A DNA stretch of 63,429 nucleotides, counting the filler. It is 5 parts of 5 records of this genome, joined end to end, with 100 filler letters (N's around TTAATTAATTAA, not from the genome) between each part and the next. Parts side by side here need not be neighbours in the genome. Positions count along the whole stretch, not along the records: positions 7,487 to 29,673 come from DRR723986_16209; positions 29,774 to 38,308 come from DRR723986_16254; 3 more parts are not named here. The stretch is one strand, 5' to 3'. The number at the start of each line of letters is the position of its first letter. Position 1 is the stretch's first letter. Shown in pieces: positions 18,438-30,062 of this stretch. The notes under the pieces are model-generated. The model searched no databases. It was given only the letters and a program-made list of their open reading frames with translations, and was not told the DNA's origin. A program made the position numbers and the translations under genes.

Positions 18438-20441
18438 ATGAGAATACCCTGTCTGATGGTGCTTGGCCTCTGCTTCATTGCGTCCTGCGGGCCTTCGAGC
18501 ACACCGGGTCGGGCAGTCGGGGACATTCCCAATGCCCCTCCCGCACCGCAATGGGACGGTGAAGCGCCTCCGGCCAGGCTCGCGACACCTGCTACCATTG
18601 CCTATAATGATGCTGTCGCTGAGCGTCTTCCCATTGGAGACGGGGGCGATTTCCAGGACGTGCAACGCGGTTTGCTGGCTCAGCTGGGCCAAGACATTCT
18701 CGACGCCAACGGCGAGATCGTGTGGCGTGTCAACGCCTATGATTTTCTGAGCGGCGAGGCGCCGGCAACGGTTAATCCGTCTCTCTGGCGGCAGTCACAG
18801 CTGACCGCGCTGCACGGGCTGTTTCAGGTTGCAGACGGCATATATCAGGTTCGTGGGTACGACGTTTCCGTCATGAGCATTATCCGTGGTGAATCCGGCT
18901 GGATCATCGTTGATCCATTGTTCACTACGGAGACTGCGGCTGCGGCACTCGCACTCGTCAATGACACGCTGGGCGAGCGTCCCGTGAGCGCAGTTATATA
19001 CACGCACAGCCATGTCGATCATTTCGGCGGTGTCCGCGGCGTTCTAGGTGATGGCGCCGGCATCCTGATCTACGCACCAGAAGGATTCTCGGAAGCGGCG
19101 ATTTCGGAAAACCTTCTTGCTGGAAACTACACAGCGCGTCGAACCGCCATGATGTTCGGCAACAATCTGGAGCGCTCGCCGATAGGGCAGGTCGGCACCG
19201 GCATTGGGCAAGCGATCCCCAAGGGAACGGTCAGCCTAATTCTACCGACCGAGGAGATCCCGGCTCCCGGGGCGACACGAGTCATTGACGGCGTAACCTT
19301 TGAATTCATGGATGCCAAGGGTACTGAAGCGCCATCTGAGTTTGTGTTCTTTCTCCCGGAATTCAATGCGCTCTGCACTGCGGAAGTCACGACTGCGACC
19401 TTCCACAATGTCCTGTCTCTCCGGGGCTCAAAGGCGCGCGACACCCTGCATTGGAGTAAGGTCATTGATGACATGCTTGTCAGCTATGCCAATCGTGCTG
19501 AAGTTGCTTTTGCGTCTCACAATTGGCCCACTTGGGGGCGCGATGAAGTGCGAGAGTATCTTCGAGGGCAGCGGGACATTTATCGGTATACTCACGACCA
19601 GGCGATGCGCTCGATTTCATCCGGCGTGACACTGCAGGAACTTCCGGAGCTCGTACCGGCACCGGCGACCAACGACGGCACATTTCATGAGCGTGGATAT
19701 TATGGGACCCTCAATCACAATCTGAAGGCTGTGTATCAGTTCTATTTCGGCTGGTGGGACGGTGTACCCGCAAATCTCAATTTGCTGCCGCCGGAAGAAC
19801 GGGCGCAGCGCTTAGTCGACGCAATGGGGGGCGCTGAAGCGACTCGGAACGTTGGCATTGAGGCTTTCCGCAGTGGAGACTACCGATGGGCAGCCGATGT
19901 ATTGAACCAGGTCATCTTTGCAAACCCTGATGACGCGCTGGCCCGGCAGTGGCTTGCGTCATCCTATGAACAGATGGGATTCCAGGCCGAAAGCGGATCG
20001 TGGCGGAATTACTATCTCTCTGCCGCGCAGGAGCTGCGCCAGCCGGAAGACAAAGCTCAGCTTAATAGCGACAATTCTGAACTTGTTTCCGCTGTTTCCA
20101 GTCTCGCCTTGTTTGATGCGCTTGCCGCGCGCTACAGGCCCGGTTCGATAAAAGAAGCCCCTTTTGACCTGGTGTTCAGATTTACCGATACCGCAGAAGC
20201 AGTAACCGTCGAGGTGGGGGCGGACGGTGTGTTCCCGAGGCTCGGAGAATTCAGCGATGAACCAGCGGCTGTGTTCGAGACAACGCGGAAAGACTTCAAC
20301 AGGATCATGATGGGTCAAGTCGGCCCGAGACATTTAATCATGATGGGAAGGCTCCGAATTACGGGCAATAGAGCTGCAATTCGCGAATTCTTTGAGGCGT
20401 TGGGCACTCCCGAATCGGATTTTGAAGTCGTTGTTCCATGA
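18438..20441 (+). CDS. Alkyl sulfatase (SdsA1-type MBL fold, dimerisation and SCP2-like domains), predicted lipoprotein
   Basis: Lipobox IASC; NPSLWRQ, YTHSHVDHFGG, SHNWP, RGYYGT, GDYRWA, YEQMGFQAESGSWRN. Confidence 0.92.
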   Translation: MRIPCLMVLGLCFIASCGPSSTPGRAVGDIPNAPPAPQWDGEAPPARLATPATIAYNDAVAERLPIGDGGDFQDVQRGLLAQLGQDILDANGEIVWRVNAYDFLSGEAPATVNPSLWRQSQLTALHGLFQVADGIYQVRGYDVSVMSIIRGESGWIIVDPLFTTETAAAALALVNDTLGERPVSAVIYTHSHVDHFGGVRGVLGDGAGILIYAPEGFSEAAISENLLAGNYTARRTAMMFGNNLERSPIGQVGTGIGQAIPKGTVSLILPTEEIPAPGATRVIDGVTFEFMDAKGTEAPSEFVFFLPEFNALCTAEVTTATFHNVLSLRGSKARDTLHWSKVIDDMLVSYANRAEVAFASHNWPTWGRDEVREYLRGQRDIYRYTHDQAMRSISSGVTLQELPELVPAPATNDGTFHERGYYGTLNHNLKAVYQFYFGWWDGVPANLNLLPPEERAQRLVDAMGGAEATRNVGIEAFRSGDYRWAADVLNQVIFANPDDALARQWLASSYEQMGFQAESGSWRNYYLSAAQELRQPEDKAQLNSDNSELVSAVSSLALFDALAARYRPGSIKEAPFDLVFRFTDTAEAVTVEVGADGVFPRLGEFSDEPAAVFETTRKDFNRIMMGQVGPRHLIMMGRLRITGNRAAIREFFEALGTPESDFEVVVP

Positions 20442-21052
20442 ATTCAGCTCAAAGATCATCAATCTGCCTGGCGCTGTAAGGACCCGTCAGAAATTAGGAC
20501 GCTTCGAAGGCAAGCTGATGAGTTCGAAATGGGCCAAGCTGACCAAGGCTTCCCAGGACACAACTTCGCAAGACATCTAGGATCCGATCGAGAAAGGGAT
20601 CCTGGGCCAGAACGAAGGAGCTGACAGGGCCACCAGCTGTTCGATTGTTCTGGATAAGCGGCAGAGCAGCCTCGTGCGAGGTCATGCGTATGAAGAGAGG
20701 GGTAGGATTGACGTCATCGTGAGCCAGCAATCCATCACATTGTGATTGATTTTGGTTCTGTGCACAATCAGCTCGGCCACCTTATCGATGATCACTGTAC
20801 GGAAGGTAATAGAGATTCGCTGAAAGAGGCGGCAATACTTCAGGTATGTGCTGTCCGGCGTTTTGAAAAGAAAGCGCCGCTGGGAAGGCGCGCCTGCGCG
20901 AGATGATTGGCAGGCAGAGTTGTTAGACCAATAGACGCCAGATACGAGCGTTTTCGATTGCGCGGTTTATCGTTTCGCAAAATAATCACCCAAAGTGAGT
21001 AAATACAATAAAAGCTAAACCAGTGCCCGCCCGAATTGGATGCGGGATGGTG

Positions 21053-21345
21053 AGTTGTGCCCATATGGGGTTGGACAGATTTTACTGCTAAATCAGTATG
21101 TTATGTGTTGGCATGTGCAGCCTGGATCCAACGAATGAAAAATAGTCCAGTAAAAACAGTAGGTTAGTTTGGCGCCACTATGCACTAAAAGCGAGACGTT
21201 TTGGAATGCGGGTGAGAAAAAATATATGAAAAACAAGGTATTGGATCGTCGGTTTTCCACTGCGCCCATGATGGAGCGGGCCGAAAGATAAACTATTACA
21301 GAGACTTACGGGCCTTCGTGTGCGCTCCGTGTGCAGTGTAAATTT
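21053..21345 (+). repeat. dusA-att-like repeat, copy B
   Basis: Core 1 reads VVPIWGWTDF; core 2 is a mini-ORF 21226-21291 MKNKVLDRRFSTAPMMERAER*; CGTGTGCGCTCCGTGTGC identical to copy A; offset 9167-9168 across the unit. Confidence 0.8.
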
Positions 21346-21531
21346 AGATAAGAGCGTGTAATTGTGTGGAGAGCTGGCATTATCCGGAATTAAGTCCTCC
21401 AGCTCGTTTGGTTCTATAATCAGCCTAAAGCCGACTGCGCAAAACTTGAGAAATTCCATAAACGGCCAGACCTTACGCAATCAAAGATGGCCGGGTGGTC
21501 ACGTGTGAATTGATCATTGATCTGTTAGGTC

Positions 21532-22705
21532 TTAAAGATCGCATTGATCTTCCTTCGGATTTACGATTTTCCATTGCAAACCCGGAAGTGATTTTGTCCA
21601 TGGAGTATAGGAGAGCTCGAGCTCTTCGTTATCCCGAATGACAATCAATCGGACAGATGTGCCCGGCAGCGCGGTTTCGACTGCGGCCAGATCTTCCGGG
21701 TTGTCAATAATGTCATAGCGCTGGAGGCCGGCAGTGTCTGCCGGTGAGCTCGGCGTGACCGGGCCAATCCGGGTATTTCCGGCTTCATCAAGGTAGGGGC
21801 GAAAACCGCGCGCGAAGTTCTGCAATTGTTGCGTCTCTGCTGTGAAGCAGGGGCCAAACAGGTCCGGTGGCAGGTTGAGTGGTTCGCCGGACATCATGGC
21901 GTCGAACTCGGCGCCGCCCGCTTCTCCGAGCGCGTCCGTCACGATTTCTCGCCAGAAGGCGACGGCGTCGTCTGCATTATCGCGCTCTGCAATAAAGCGG
22001 AAGATCAGATCATCAACGCGCTTCTCGCCGCCGCTTGTGGTTCGCATGCGATGATCGAGAAGCGCGAAATAGAGCGGCCCGCGATTGTATGGGACCAGCT
22101 GTGCATTGGAATCGGAGAAGAAGAGGGCGGTGACCTCTTCATTCGAGAGGCCGCTCTGAGGGTTGGTGTAATAATTCAGCGCGTGCGCATTCCAGGCATC
22201 AATGAAGTCGTCCAGCGTGCTGAGCCTGGCGCGGTAGGGCCGCACGATTGTGTAGTACGAGGTCGAGCCCTCAGAATACCATTGTTGGCCTCCGGCGCCG
22301 CCCCCATCGCCATATCCGCCTGTAAAATGGTGCAGGGCTTCATGCGCGAGAAGGGAGCGGACTTCGGCGGGATCACGGTCTTCGCCGTCAACAGTTCCGA
22401 AAATGAAGGAGTTGTGGCCGCCGCCACCGCCGCCCTGAAAACGCTCTGTCGTGCGCATGAAAATGCGGAAGGCGTCGACGTCCTGGCCGAAGAAGCTGAC
22501 GAAGTAGTCGTAGGCCTCCTGGGTCCACGCGGCCGAGCCCTGCAGGTCGAAAGCAGCGGGCGTCATCCAGTAGACTACGAAATCGCCATCACCGCTTTCT
22601 GGCTGTGACTTGAGAGGCCCAGCCATGAAGAAGGTGTTGTTAAGATCGCCCCGCTTCATGGCGCTTTCGGACGCGTTTGCGAAGCCAATGCTGGAGGCAG
22701 CCCGC
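21532..22705 (-). pseudogene. M61/M1-like zinc peptidase with C-terminal PDZ-like domain, N-terminally truncated
   Basis: LLAHEALHHF...WYSEG...YY, PYNRG, SPADTAGLQRYD; frame runs open past the annotated ATG up to the junction near 22705, no signal peptide. Confidence 0.75.
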
Positions 22706-22934
22706 GCGCGAGTTCGCCGCGCAGGTCAATGTCGGCATGGTCGGCATCAATGTGCCGATCCCGGTGCCGGTCAGCTACCACACATTCGGCGGCTGGAAGC
22801 GCTCTGCCTTTGGCGATACCAACCAGCACGGCCCGGAAGGCGTGAAGTTCTGGACCAAGATCAAGACCGTCACCCAGCGCTGGCCTGAGGGCGATATTGG
22901 CGACCAGGCTTTCATCATTCCAACGATGCAATAA
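22703..22934 (+). pseudogene. mmsA: 3' remnant of CoA-acylating methylmalonate-semialdehyde dehydrogenase
   Basis: [38 protein letters not shown]...[20 protein letters not shown]-terminal ~85% absent. Confidence 0.9.
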
Positions 22935-22971
22935 GTCTGACCTGATAGTTGGATTTTGAAGGGCTGAACCG

Positions 22972-24114
22972 ATGACGCTTCTGACTGAAGAGCAAACGAT
23001 GATTTCCGATATGGCGAAGAATTTCGCCATGAGTGAGCTCCGGCCTCATGCCGCCGAATGGGACAAGGCGGGGCAGATGGACCGGTCCAAGCTGGTCGCG
23101 CTCGGCGAGCTTGGCTTTGGCGGCATCTATACGCAGGAAGAGCATGGCGGCTCGGGCCTTGGCCGGCTCGATGCGGCACTGATCTTTGAGCAGCTCTCGC
23201 GCGGCGACATCAGCCATGCGGCCTTCCTGTCGATCCACAATATGGCGACCTGGATGATCGACAGCTTCGGTCATGACCAGCTGCGCGCGAAATATGTGCC
23301 TCGCCTGACGGCAACGGAACTCATCGCCTCCTACTGCCTGACCGAACCGGGTGCAGGCTCTGACGCAGCGAGCCTCAAGACGACGGCGAAGCTCGATGGT
23401 GACGAGTACGTCCTGAACGGCGCGAAGGTCTTCATCTCCGGCGCCGGCTTTTCGGACGTCTATGTCGTCATGGCGCGGACCGCTGATGGTGGCGCGAAAG
23501 GCGTCTCGACCTTCGTGGTCGAGAAGGATGCGCCGGGCCTCTCTTTCGGCAAGCATGAAGACAAGATGGGCTGGCGCGCCCAGCCTACGGCGATGGTCAA
23601 TTTTGATGATTGCCGTATTCCGGCCACCAACCGCGTTGGTGATGAGGGCCATGGCTTCAAGTTCGCGATGGCAGGGCTTGATGGCGGACGGCTGAACATT
23701 GCGGCCTGCGCCCTCGGCGGCGCGCAGGATGCGCTGGACCGGGCCTTTGCCTATGTGCAGGAGCGCAAGCAGTTCGGCCGCGCAATCATCGATTTCCAGG
23801 CGACGCAGTTCAAACTTGCCGACATGGAAACCGAACTCGCAGCGGCCCGTGCGCTTCTCTACGACGCGGCGCGGAAGGTCGATTCGAGCGCGCCGGACAA
23901 GACGAAGTTCTGCGCTATGGCGAAGCGGTTCGTGACCGACACGGCCTCAAAGGTGGCTAATGACGCGCTTCAGCTTCATGGCGGCTATGGCTATCTCGGC
24001 GACTATGAAGTCGAGCGGATCGTCCGGGATCTCCGCGTCCACCAGATCCTTGAAGGCACGAACGAAATCATGCGCGTCATCGTCGCGCGCGAAATGATGA
24101 AGGGGCAGGTATGA
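22972..24114 (+). CDS. Acyl-CoA dehydrogenase (isobutyryl-CoA dehydrogenase-like)
   Basis: SYCLTEPGAGSDAA, KMGWRAQPT, RKQFG, QLHGGYGY, QILEGTNEIMR; mms context. Confidence 0.92.
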   Translation: MTLLTEEQTMISDMAKNFAMSELRPHAAEWDKAGQMDRSKLVALGELGFGGIYTQEEHGGSGLGRLDAALIFEQLSRGDISHAAFLSIHNMATWMIDSFGHDQLRAKYVPRLTATELIASYCLTEPGAGSDAASLKTTAKLDGDEYVLNGAKVFISGAGFSDVYVVMARTADGGAKGVSTFVVEKDAPGLSFGKHEDKMGWRAQPTAMVNFDDCRIPATNRVGDEGHGFKFAMAGLDGGRLNIAACALGGAQDALDRAFAYVQERKQFGRAIIDFQATQFKLADMETELAAARALLYDAARKVDSSAPDKTKFCAMAKRFVTDTASKVANDALQLHGGYGYLGDYEVERIVRDLRVHQILEGTNEIMRVIVAREMMKGQV

Positions 24115-25136
24115 GCGAGCCAAGTGTAATCGCGCGCAAACAGGGGCGGGCAGGGCGGATCACGCTGAACCGGCCCAAGGCGCTGCATGCGCTCAATCAG
24201 GATATGTGCGACCTGATGACCAAGGCGCTCGTTAATTGGCGAGACGATGCGGACGTCGAACTCATCGTGGTCGATCACGCTGAAGGCACGCGCGGGTTTT
24301 GCGCGGGCGGGGATATCCGCATGCTGCAGGAGTCCGGCAAGGCAGACGGTCAGGAAGCGCGTGACTTCTTTGCATCCGAGTACCGGCTCAATACGCTGAT
24401 CAAGGAGTATCCGAAGCCTTACGTCGCCATCCAGGATGGCGTGACGATGGGCGGCGGGGTCGGCATATCCGTCCACGGCACATACCGCGTCGCGACGCCG
24501 AATACGCTGTTTGCCATGCCGGAAAGCGGTATTGGCCTTTTCCCGGATGTCGGTGGCGGCTGGTTCCTGCCGCGTCTTCCCGGCGGGACAGGCATGTGGC
24601 TCGCCCTGACCGGCGCACGCCTCAAGGGTGAGGATGTGCTGGCCGTAGGTGTCTCTACGCATTTTGCCGAAGACCCATCCGGACTCGCGAACAAGCTTTG
24701 CGCGGACGGCATCAGCGCCCTCGAGGACTTGAAAACAGACGCGGCGCCGAGCTTTGACGAGCACAGGCAAGAGATTGATGACTGCTTCGGAAAGGCCAGC
24801 GTCGAGGAGATCGTCGCGGCACTGAATGCCGGGAACGACTGGGCGAAAGCGCAGGCCGAGACCCTTTCCTCAAAGTCACCACTGACCATGAAGATCGCGC
24901 ATCGCCAGCTGACCGAAGGCGGCACGATGGACGACTTCCGCGAGAATATGCGGATGGAGTACCGGATCGGCGGGCGGCTCGTCTGCACGGAGAACTTCAA
25001 CGAGGGCGTGCGCGCCGTTCTGGTCGACAAGGATCACAATCCGAAATGGGAGCCGCCCACGCTGGAAGCCGTGTCTGACACCCTCGTCGACGGTTTCTTT
25101 GCACCGCTGGGCGAACAAGAGCTCCAATTCATCTGA
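24111..25136 (+). CDS. 3-hydroxyisobutyryl-CoA hydrolase-like crotonase
   Basis: LNRPKALHAL, FCAGGDI, MGGGVG, MPESGIGLFPDVG, EGVRAVLVDKD. Confidence 0.9.
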   Translation: MSEPSVIARKQGRAGRITLNRPKALHALNQDMCDLMTKALVNWRDDADVELIVVDHAEGTRGFCAGGDIRMLQESGKADGQEARDFFASEYRLNTLIKEYPKPYVAIQDGVTMGGGVGISVHGTYRVATPNTLFAMPESGIGLFPDVGGGWFLPRLPGGTGMWLALTGARLKGEDVLAVGVSTHFAEDPSGLANKLCADGISALEDLKTDAAPSFDEHRQEIDDCFGKASVEEIVAALNAGNDWAKAQAETLSSKSPLTMKIAHRQLTEGGTMDDFRENMRMEYRIGGRLVCTENFNEGVRAVLVDKDHNPKWEPPTLEAVSDTLVDGFFAPLGEQELQFI

Positions 25137-25150
25137 GAGAGGAAACAGCC

Positions 25151-26041
25151 ATGACAAAAGTCGCCTTCATTGGCCTCGGGAATATGGGCTCCGGCATGTG
25201 CGCGAACCTCGCCAAAGCCGGACATGAAGTGAAGGCCTTCGACCTTAGCGCCGAGGCTGTCCGAAAGGCCGAAGAGGCGGGCGCAACCGGGGCAGGCTCT
25301 CTGGTCGACGCCGTTGAAGGCGCCGATGTCGTAGTCTCGATGCTGCCGGCGGGCAAGCATGTGCTCTCGGTCTATTTCGGTGAGGATGGCGTTGCTGCGC
25401 ACAGCGCGCCCGGCACGCTCTTTCTCGACTGCTCCACCATCTCCGTCGAGGAGAGCCGTGAGGCCGCGAAGAAGGCAGCTGAGGGCGGCTTCCTGATGGT
25501 CGATGCGCCGGTGTCGGGCGGTACGGCTGCGGCAGATGCCGGAACACTGACCTTCATGGTGGGCGGACCGAAAGCTGCCTTTGAAAAGGCCAAGCCCCTG
25601 CTCGAGATCATGGGCAAGAATGTGTTTCATGCGGGTGATGCCGGAAACGGGCAAGTTGCCAAGATCGCCAACAATATGCTGCTCGGCATTTCGATGATCG
25701 GCACCTGCGAGGCGTTCAACCTGGCTGAAAAGCTCGGCCTCGATGCGCAGACTTTCTTCGATATCTCCTCGACCGCCTCAGGCCAGTGCTGGTCAATGAC
25801 GAGCTATTGCCCGGCGCCGGGGCCTGTTCCTGCCGCGCCGTCGAACCGTGATTACAAGCCGGGCTTTGCCGTCGCGATGATGCTCAAGGATTTGCGGCTT
25901 GCGCTCGGCGCGGCCGAAGGCGCAGAGGCGTCCACACCGCTCGGCGAGCATGCGCGCGACATCTATGCCAGGCTCGACGAGGACGGTCATGCAGGCCTCG
26001 ATTTCTCAGGCGTCATGAAGCGGATCAGGGGCGAAATCTGA
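25151..26041 (+). CDS. mmsB: 3-hydroxyisobutyrate dehydrogenase
   Basis: FIGLGNMG, DAPVSGG, GTLTFMVGG, AKIANNM, GQCWS, MLKDL. Confidence 0.95.
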   Translation: MTKVAFIGLGNMGSGMCANLAKAGHEVKAFDLSAEAVRKAEEAGATGAGSLVDAVEGADVVVSMLPAGKHVLSVYFGEDGVAAHSAPGTLFLDCSTISVEESREAAKKAAEGGFLMVDAPVSGGTAAADAGTLTFMVGGPKAAFEKAKPLLEIMGKNVFHAGDAGNGQVAKIANNMLLGISMIGTCEAFNLAEKLGLDAQTFFDISSTASGQCWSMTSYCPAPGPVPAAPSNRDYKPGFAVAMMLKDLRLALGAAEGAEASTPLGEHARDIYARLDEDGHAGLDFSGVMKRIRGEI

Positions 26042-26062
26042 TTTCCCCGGCGTGACGGGTGA

Positions 26063-27097
<1,035 letters not shown>

Positions 27098-27118
27098 ACG
27101 GACTCGGAGCTGTCCTGC

Positions 27119-28294
27119 TCATTCGCTGAGCAGGACACCGGCCTGTTTCAGACCCTCGACATTTTCGGGCCTCAGGCCCAGCCAGTCAGACAGAGCCTCC
27201 TGATTGTGCTCGCCGCGCTTTGGTGGGCGGATGCCGGGCTGGATGCCGCTCTTTGATTCAGAAAAGCGATAGGGCGACTGCACCGTGCGGCGGGGGTTGC
27301 CCTTATCATCGACAACGTCGACCAGAATGCCATTCGGGCCGACGCTCTTTTCGGCGTAGGCTTCCTCGCCGAAAGCGCGCACAAGCCCCCAGGCAAGGTT
27401 CATCCGGTCGAGCGCATCGGTCAGCGCCTCGAAGCTTGGATAGGACATGATGTGGTCCTCCACGGCCTTGTGGCGCAGCGCGACTTTCGTCTCGAGGTCA
27501 GCGCCTTCGGGCGTCGGGTCCTTCACGCCGCCCTTGGTTGAGAGGACGATCCAGATCCATTTCATGTCGGAGGCGATCAGGATTTTCTTTCCCTCTGGTG
27601 CGTCCCAGACCAGGTTTTCCCTGGGCTTCGGCCAGACGCCGTCGAGCGCCCAGTGGGCATAGTCGTCGGTGGCGTGAATGACATTGATCATGGCGATGTC
27701 GACCTGCTGGCCGATGCCGGTTTGCTCCGCGACGCGCAGCGCGGCGAGAAGGCCGACAAGTCCGTGGAGCGAGCTGTAGGAATCCGCGATCGAGTATTGC
27801 AGGTCATAAGCCGGCCCGCCGCTCATCTCGGCCTGGCGCGCGATGAGGCCTGTTTCAGCATGGACGACCGGGGCATAGGCGGCACGCTTGCTCTCAGGCC
27901 CGGTCTGGCCAAAGCCAGAGATGGACAGCATGACGAGCTTCGGATTGACCGCGTGGACGCTCTCCCAGTCGAGGCCGAACCGCTTCATGACGCCGGGCCG
28001 GAAATTCTCCACCAGCACGTCGGCTCGGCGGCAGAGGTCGAGCATCAGCTCGCGCGCGCCGTCGGCTTTCAGATCAATGCAGACATTCCGCTTGCCGACA
28101 TTCTGCTGAAGATAAAAGCCGGCGACGCCCTTGTTAGACTTGCCGAAGTGGCGCGTGACATCGCCTTCGGGTGGCTCGATCTTGAGGACGTCTGCGCCAA
28201 GGTCGGACAGCATCCGCGTTGCGAAAGGCCCTGCCAGCACACGTGACAGATCCAGCACTTTCAATCCCTCAAGCGGATAGCCCTTGATGTCCAT
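27119..28294 (-). CDS. CaiB/BaiF family III CoA-transferase
   Basis: PLEGLKVLDLSRVLAGP, DLGADVLKIE, ENFRPG, ISGFGQTGP, GEHN. Confidence 0.93.
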   Translation of the reverse strand: MDIKGYPLEGLKVLDLSRVLAGPFATRMLSDLGADVLKIEPPEGDVTRHFGKSNKGVAGFYLQQNVGKRNVCIDLKADGARELMLDLCRRADVLVENFRPGVMKRFGLDWESVHAVNPKLVMLSISGFGQTGPESKRAAYAPVVHAETGLIARQAEMSGGPAYDLQYSIADSYSSLHGLVGLLAALRVAEQTGIGQQVDIAMINVIHATDDYAHWALDGVWPKPRENLVWDAPEGKKILIASDMKWIWIVLSTKGGVKDPTPEGADLETKVALRHKAVEDHIMSYPSFEALTDALDRMNLAWGLVRAFGEEAYAEKSVGPNGILVDVVDDKGNPRRTVQSPYRFSESKSGIQPGIRPPKRGEHNQEALSDWLGLRPENVEGLKQAGVLLSE

Positions 28295-28524
28295 TCACGT
28301 CTCCCTGATTTTCGACTTTTCCGGGAGACTAGCGGCTTCACCGCAAGTCGCACAGCCTGACCTCGCGTTCACCTCCCGGATCAATGGGCGCGGCGATCCA
28401 TGTCGCTCAGTGCAAAGACTTCAAGCCGTCCGGCTTGTTCCGGCGGCACAGCAGACCCCATTGGTCGTCTTATGGGGGCTTGGAAGGGTGGTTCTACACC
28501 TGAGCTGGCACTGCTGAACGCGCG

Positions 28525-29673
28525 CTATTCAAGCAGGATCGAGAGACGCTCCAGCGTGCCATTGAATGGGAACGCGCCTTCATAGCTGTCGCTGATGCGG
28601 GATCCGCCGGCACGACCAATGTCGAGTGAGAAACTTTCGCCGGCATTTCTGAGATTGACCACGTCCAGCCTGTCTTCCGCCACCAGCTGGTCCCCAACGA
28701 AGAGGCGCAGCTCGCCCGAGATCGGCTCGAAAAAGGCTCTTTGTGCGTCGCAAACATCGCAGGTGAATTCTGCACGAAGCAGCTGTCTGCCCGCAGCGAT
28801 GGGCTGCTCGCTCACAACGATATCCTTGTCGACGCCTGCCCGGTTCTCAAAAACCAGACGGCCATCCTTCAGGTAGAAGGCAAAGCCCTTGTTGCGAAAT
28901 CCGAAGCTCGCCAGAGAACCCGAGCCGCCCTCCACCGGCACGATGACATCTGCCTCGAGCTTGAAAGATTTGTCGAATTCGGGGAGCTGAGAGCGCGCAA
29001 TCCGGCTTGCGCCCTTGTAAAAATCAAACCGCTTGCGCGCGTTCGCCGCGAAGGGCTTGGTGCTCCGCCGATACGCGGCTCCCCCCAACGGAAAGACGAA
29101 ATTGGCTTCGGCTTCCCGATCGAACAGGTCAATGAGTTCAACGAGTTTTTCAGGATACTGCTCCGCAACATCGCTGGCCTGAGTGAAGTCAGTCTTGAGA
29201 TGGTAGAGCTCCCAATCGTCCGACGCGCCGGTCGGCGAGTTGAAGGCGTTGAGCGCAGAGGCCATCCAGCCATCCTGGTAGATGGCGCGGTTGCCGAGCA
29301 GCTCGAAATATTGAGTGCGAGCCCCCGCCGGGCTATCGGCGTCCGTTAGGCTGGGCAGCAGGCTCACCCCATCCAGCGGTTGTTGGTTCACACCGGAAAC
29401 AGTCTCTGGCGGCGCCAGGCCAACAGCTTCGTATATTGTCGGGGCAATATCCGTGATGTGGGTGAAATTCGACCGAAGCCGCTCAGCCGCGTCGAGCCTC
29501 CCAGGCCAGGTCACGACCATCGGGGTCCGCAAGGCGCCGAAATGCGACGCGACCGTCTTCCAGTATTTGAAGGGCGTGTTGCCCATCCAGCCCCAACCGC
29601 CCTGCGACTGATTATAGGGCACATCCGGGCCACCGAACAAATCAAGCCGCTTGTCTTATGACTTTTCCTGCCG
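28525..29673 (-). CDS. Arylsulfatase C-terminal part (truncated at contig end)
   Basis: GWGWMGNTPF..WK, HITDIAPTI, TQYFELLGNRAIYQDGW, WELY, LamG-like tail FPFNG. Confidence 0.85.
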
Positions 29674-29773
29674 NNNNNNNNNNNNNNNNNNNNNNNNNNN
29701 NNNNNNNNNNNNNNNNNTTAATTAATTAANNNNNNNNNNNNNNNNNNNNNNNNNNNNNNNNNNNNNNNNNNNN
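29674..29773. other. Artificial contig linker
   Basis: N44-TTAATTAATTAA-N44. Confidence 0.99.
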
Positions 29774-29916
29774 ATCGAGATCATGTTCGGCCGACTGAAG
29801 GACTGGCGGCGGGTCGCAACACGCTACGACAGGAATCCGGTCATCTTCCTCTCGGCCATCGCCCTCGCCGCCATTGTCATCTTCTGGCTATGAATGGGAA
29901 TGAATCCTGACCCTAG
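29774..29916 (+). mobile_element. IS5-family element right end (transposase C-terminus and terminal repeat)
   Basis: IEIMFGRLKDWRRVATRYDR...IFWL* (stop 29891-29893) followed by TGAATCCTGACCCTAG. Confidence 0.9.
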
Positions 29917-30062
29917 TCCTTGCCAAATCTCTGCGGAAATCTGAAGGACAAAACTCAATTCAATTGCCAATTCAAAATGTGCTTTGGCTTAGAACAGGCC
30001 GAACGCTTGCCCGACGCATTCGTCTCGCGCGCCGTTGGTAGAACGGACGCCCGCCGCTTCGA

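Noticed and set aside
20494-21050. Short ORFs between the alkyl sulfatase and att copy B
   Set aside because: No coherent frame or motif; likely degraded sequence
21060-21069. CCCATATGGG resembling the contig-4 promoter box
   Set aside because: Different contig, part of the dusA-like core, lacks TCATG and the N18-spaced -10
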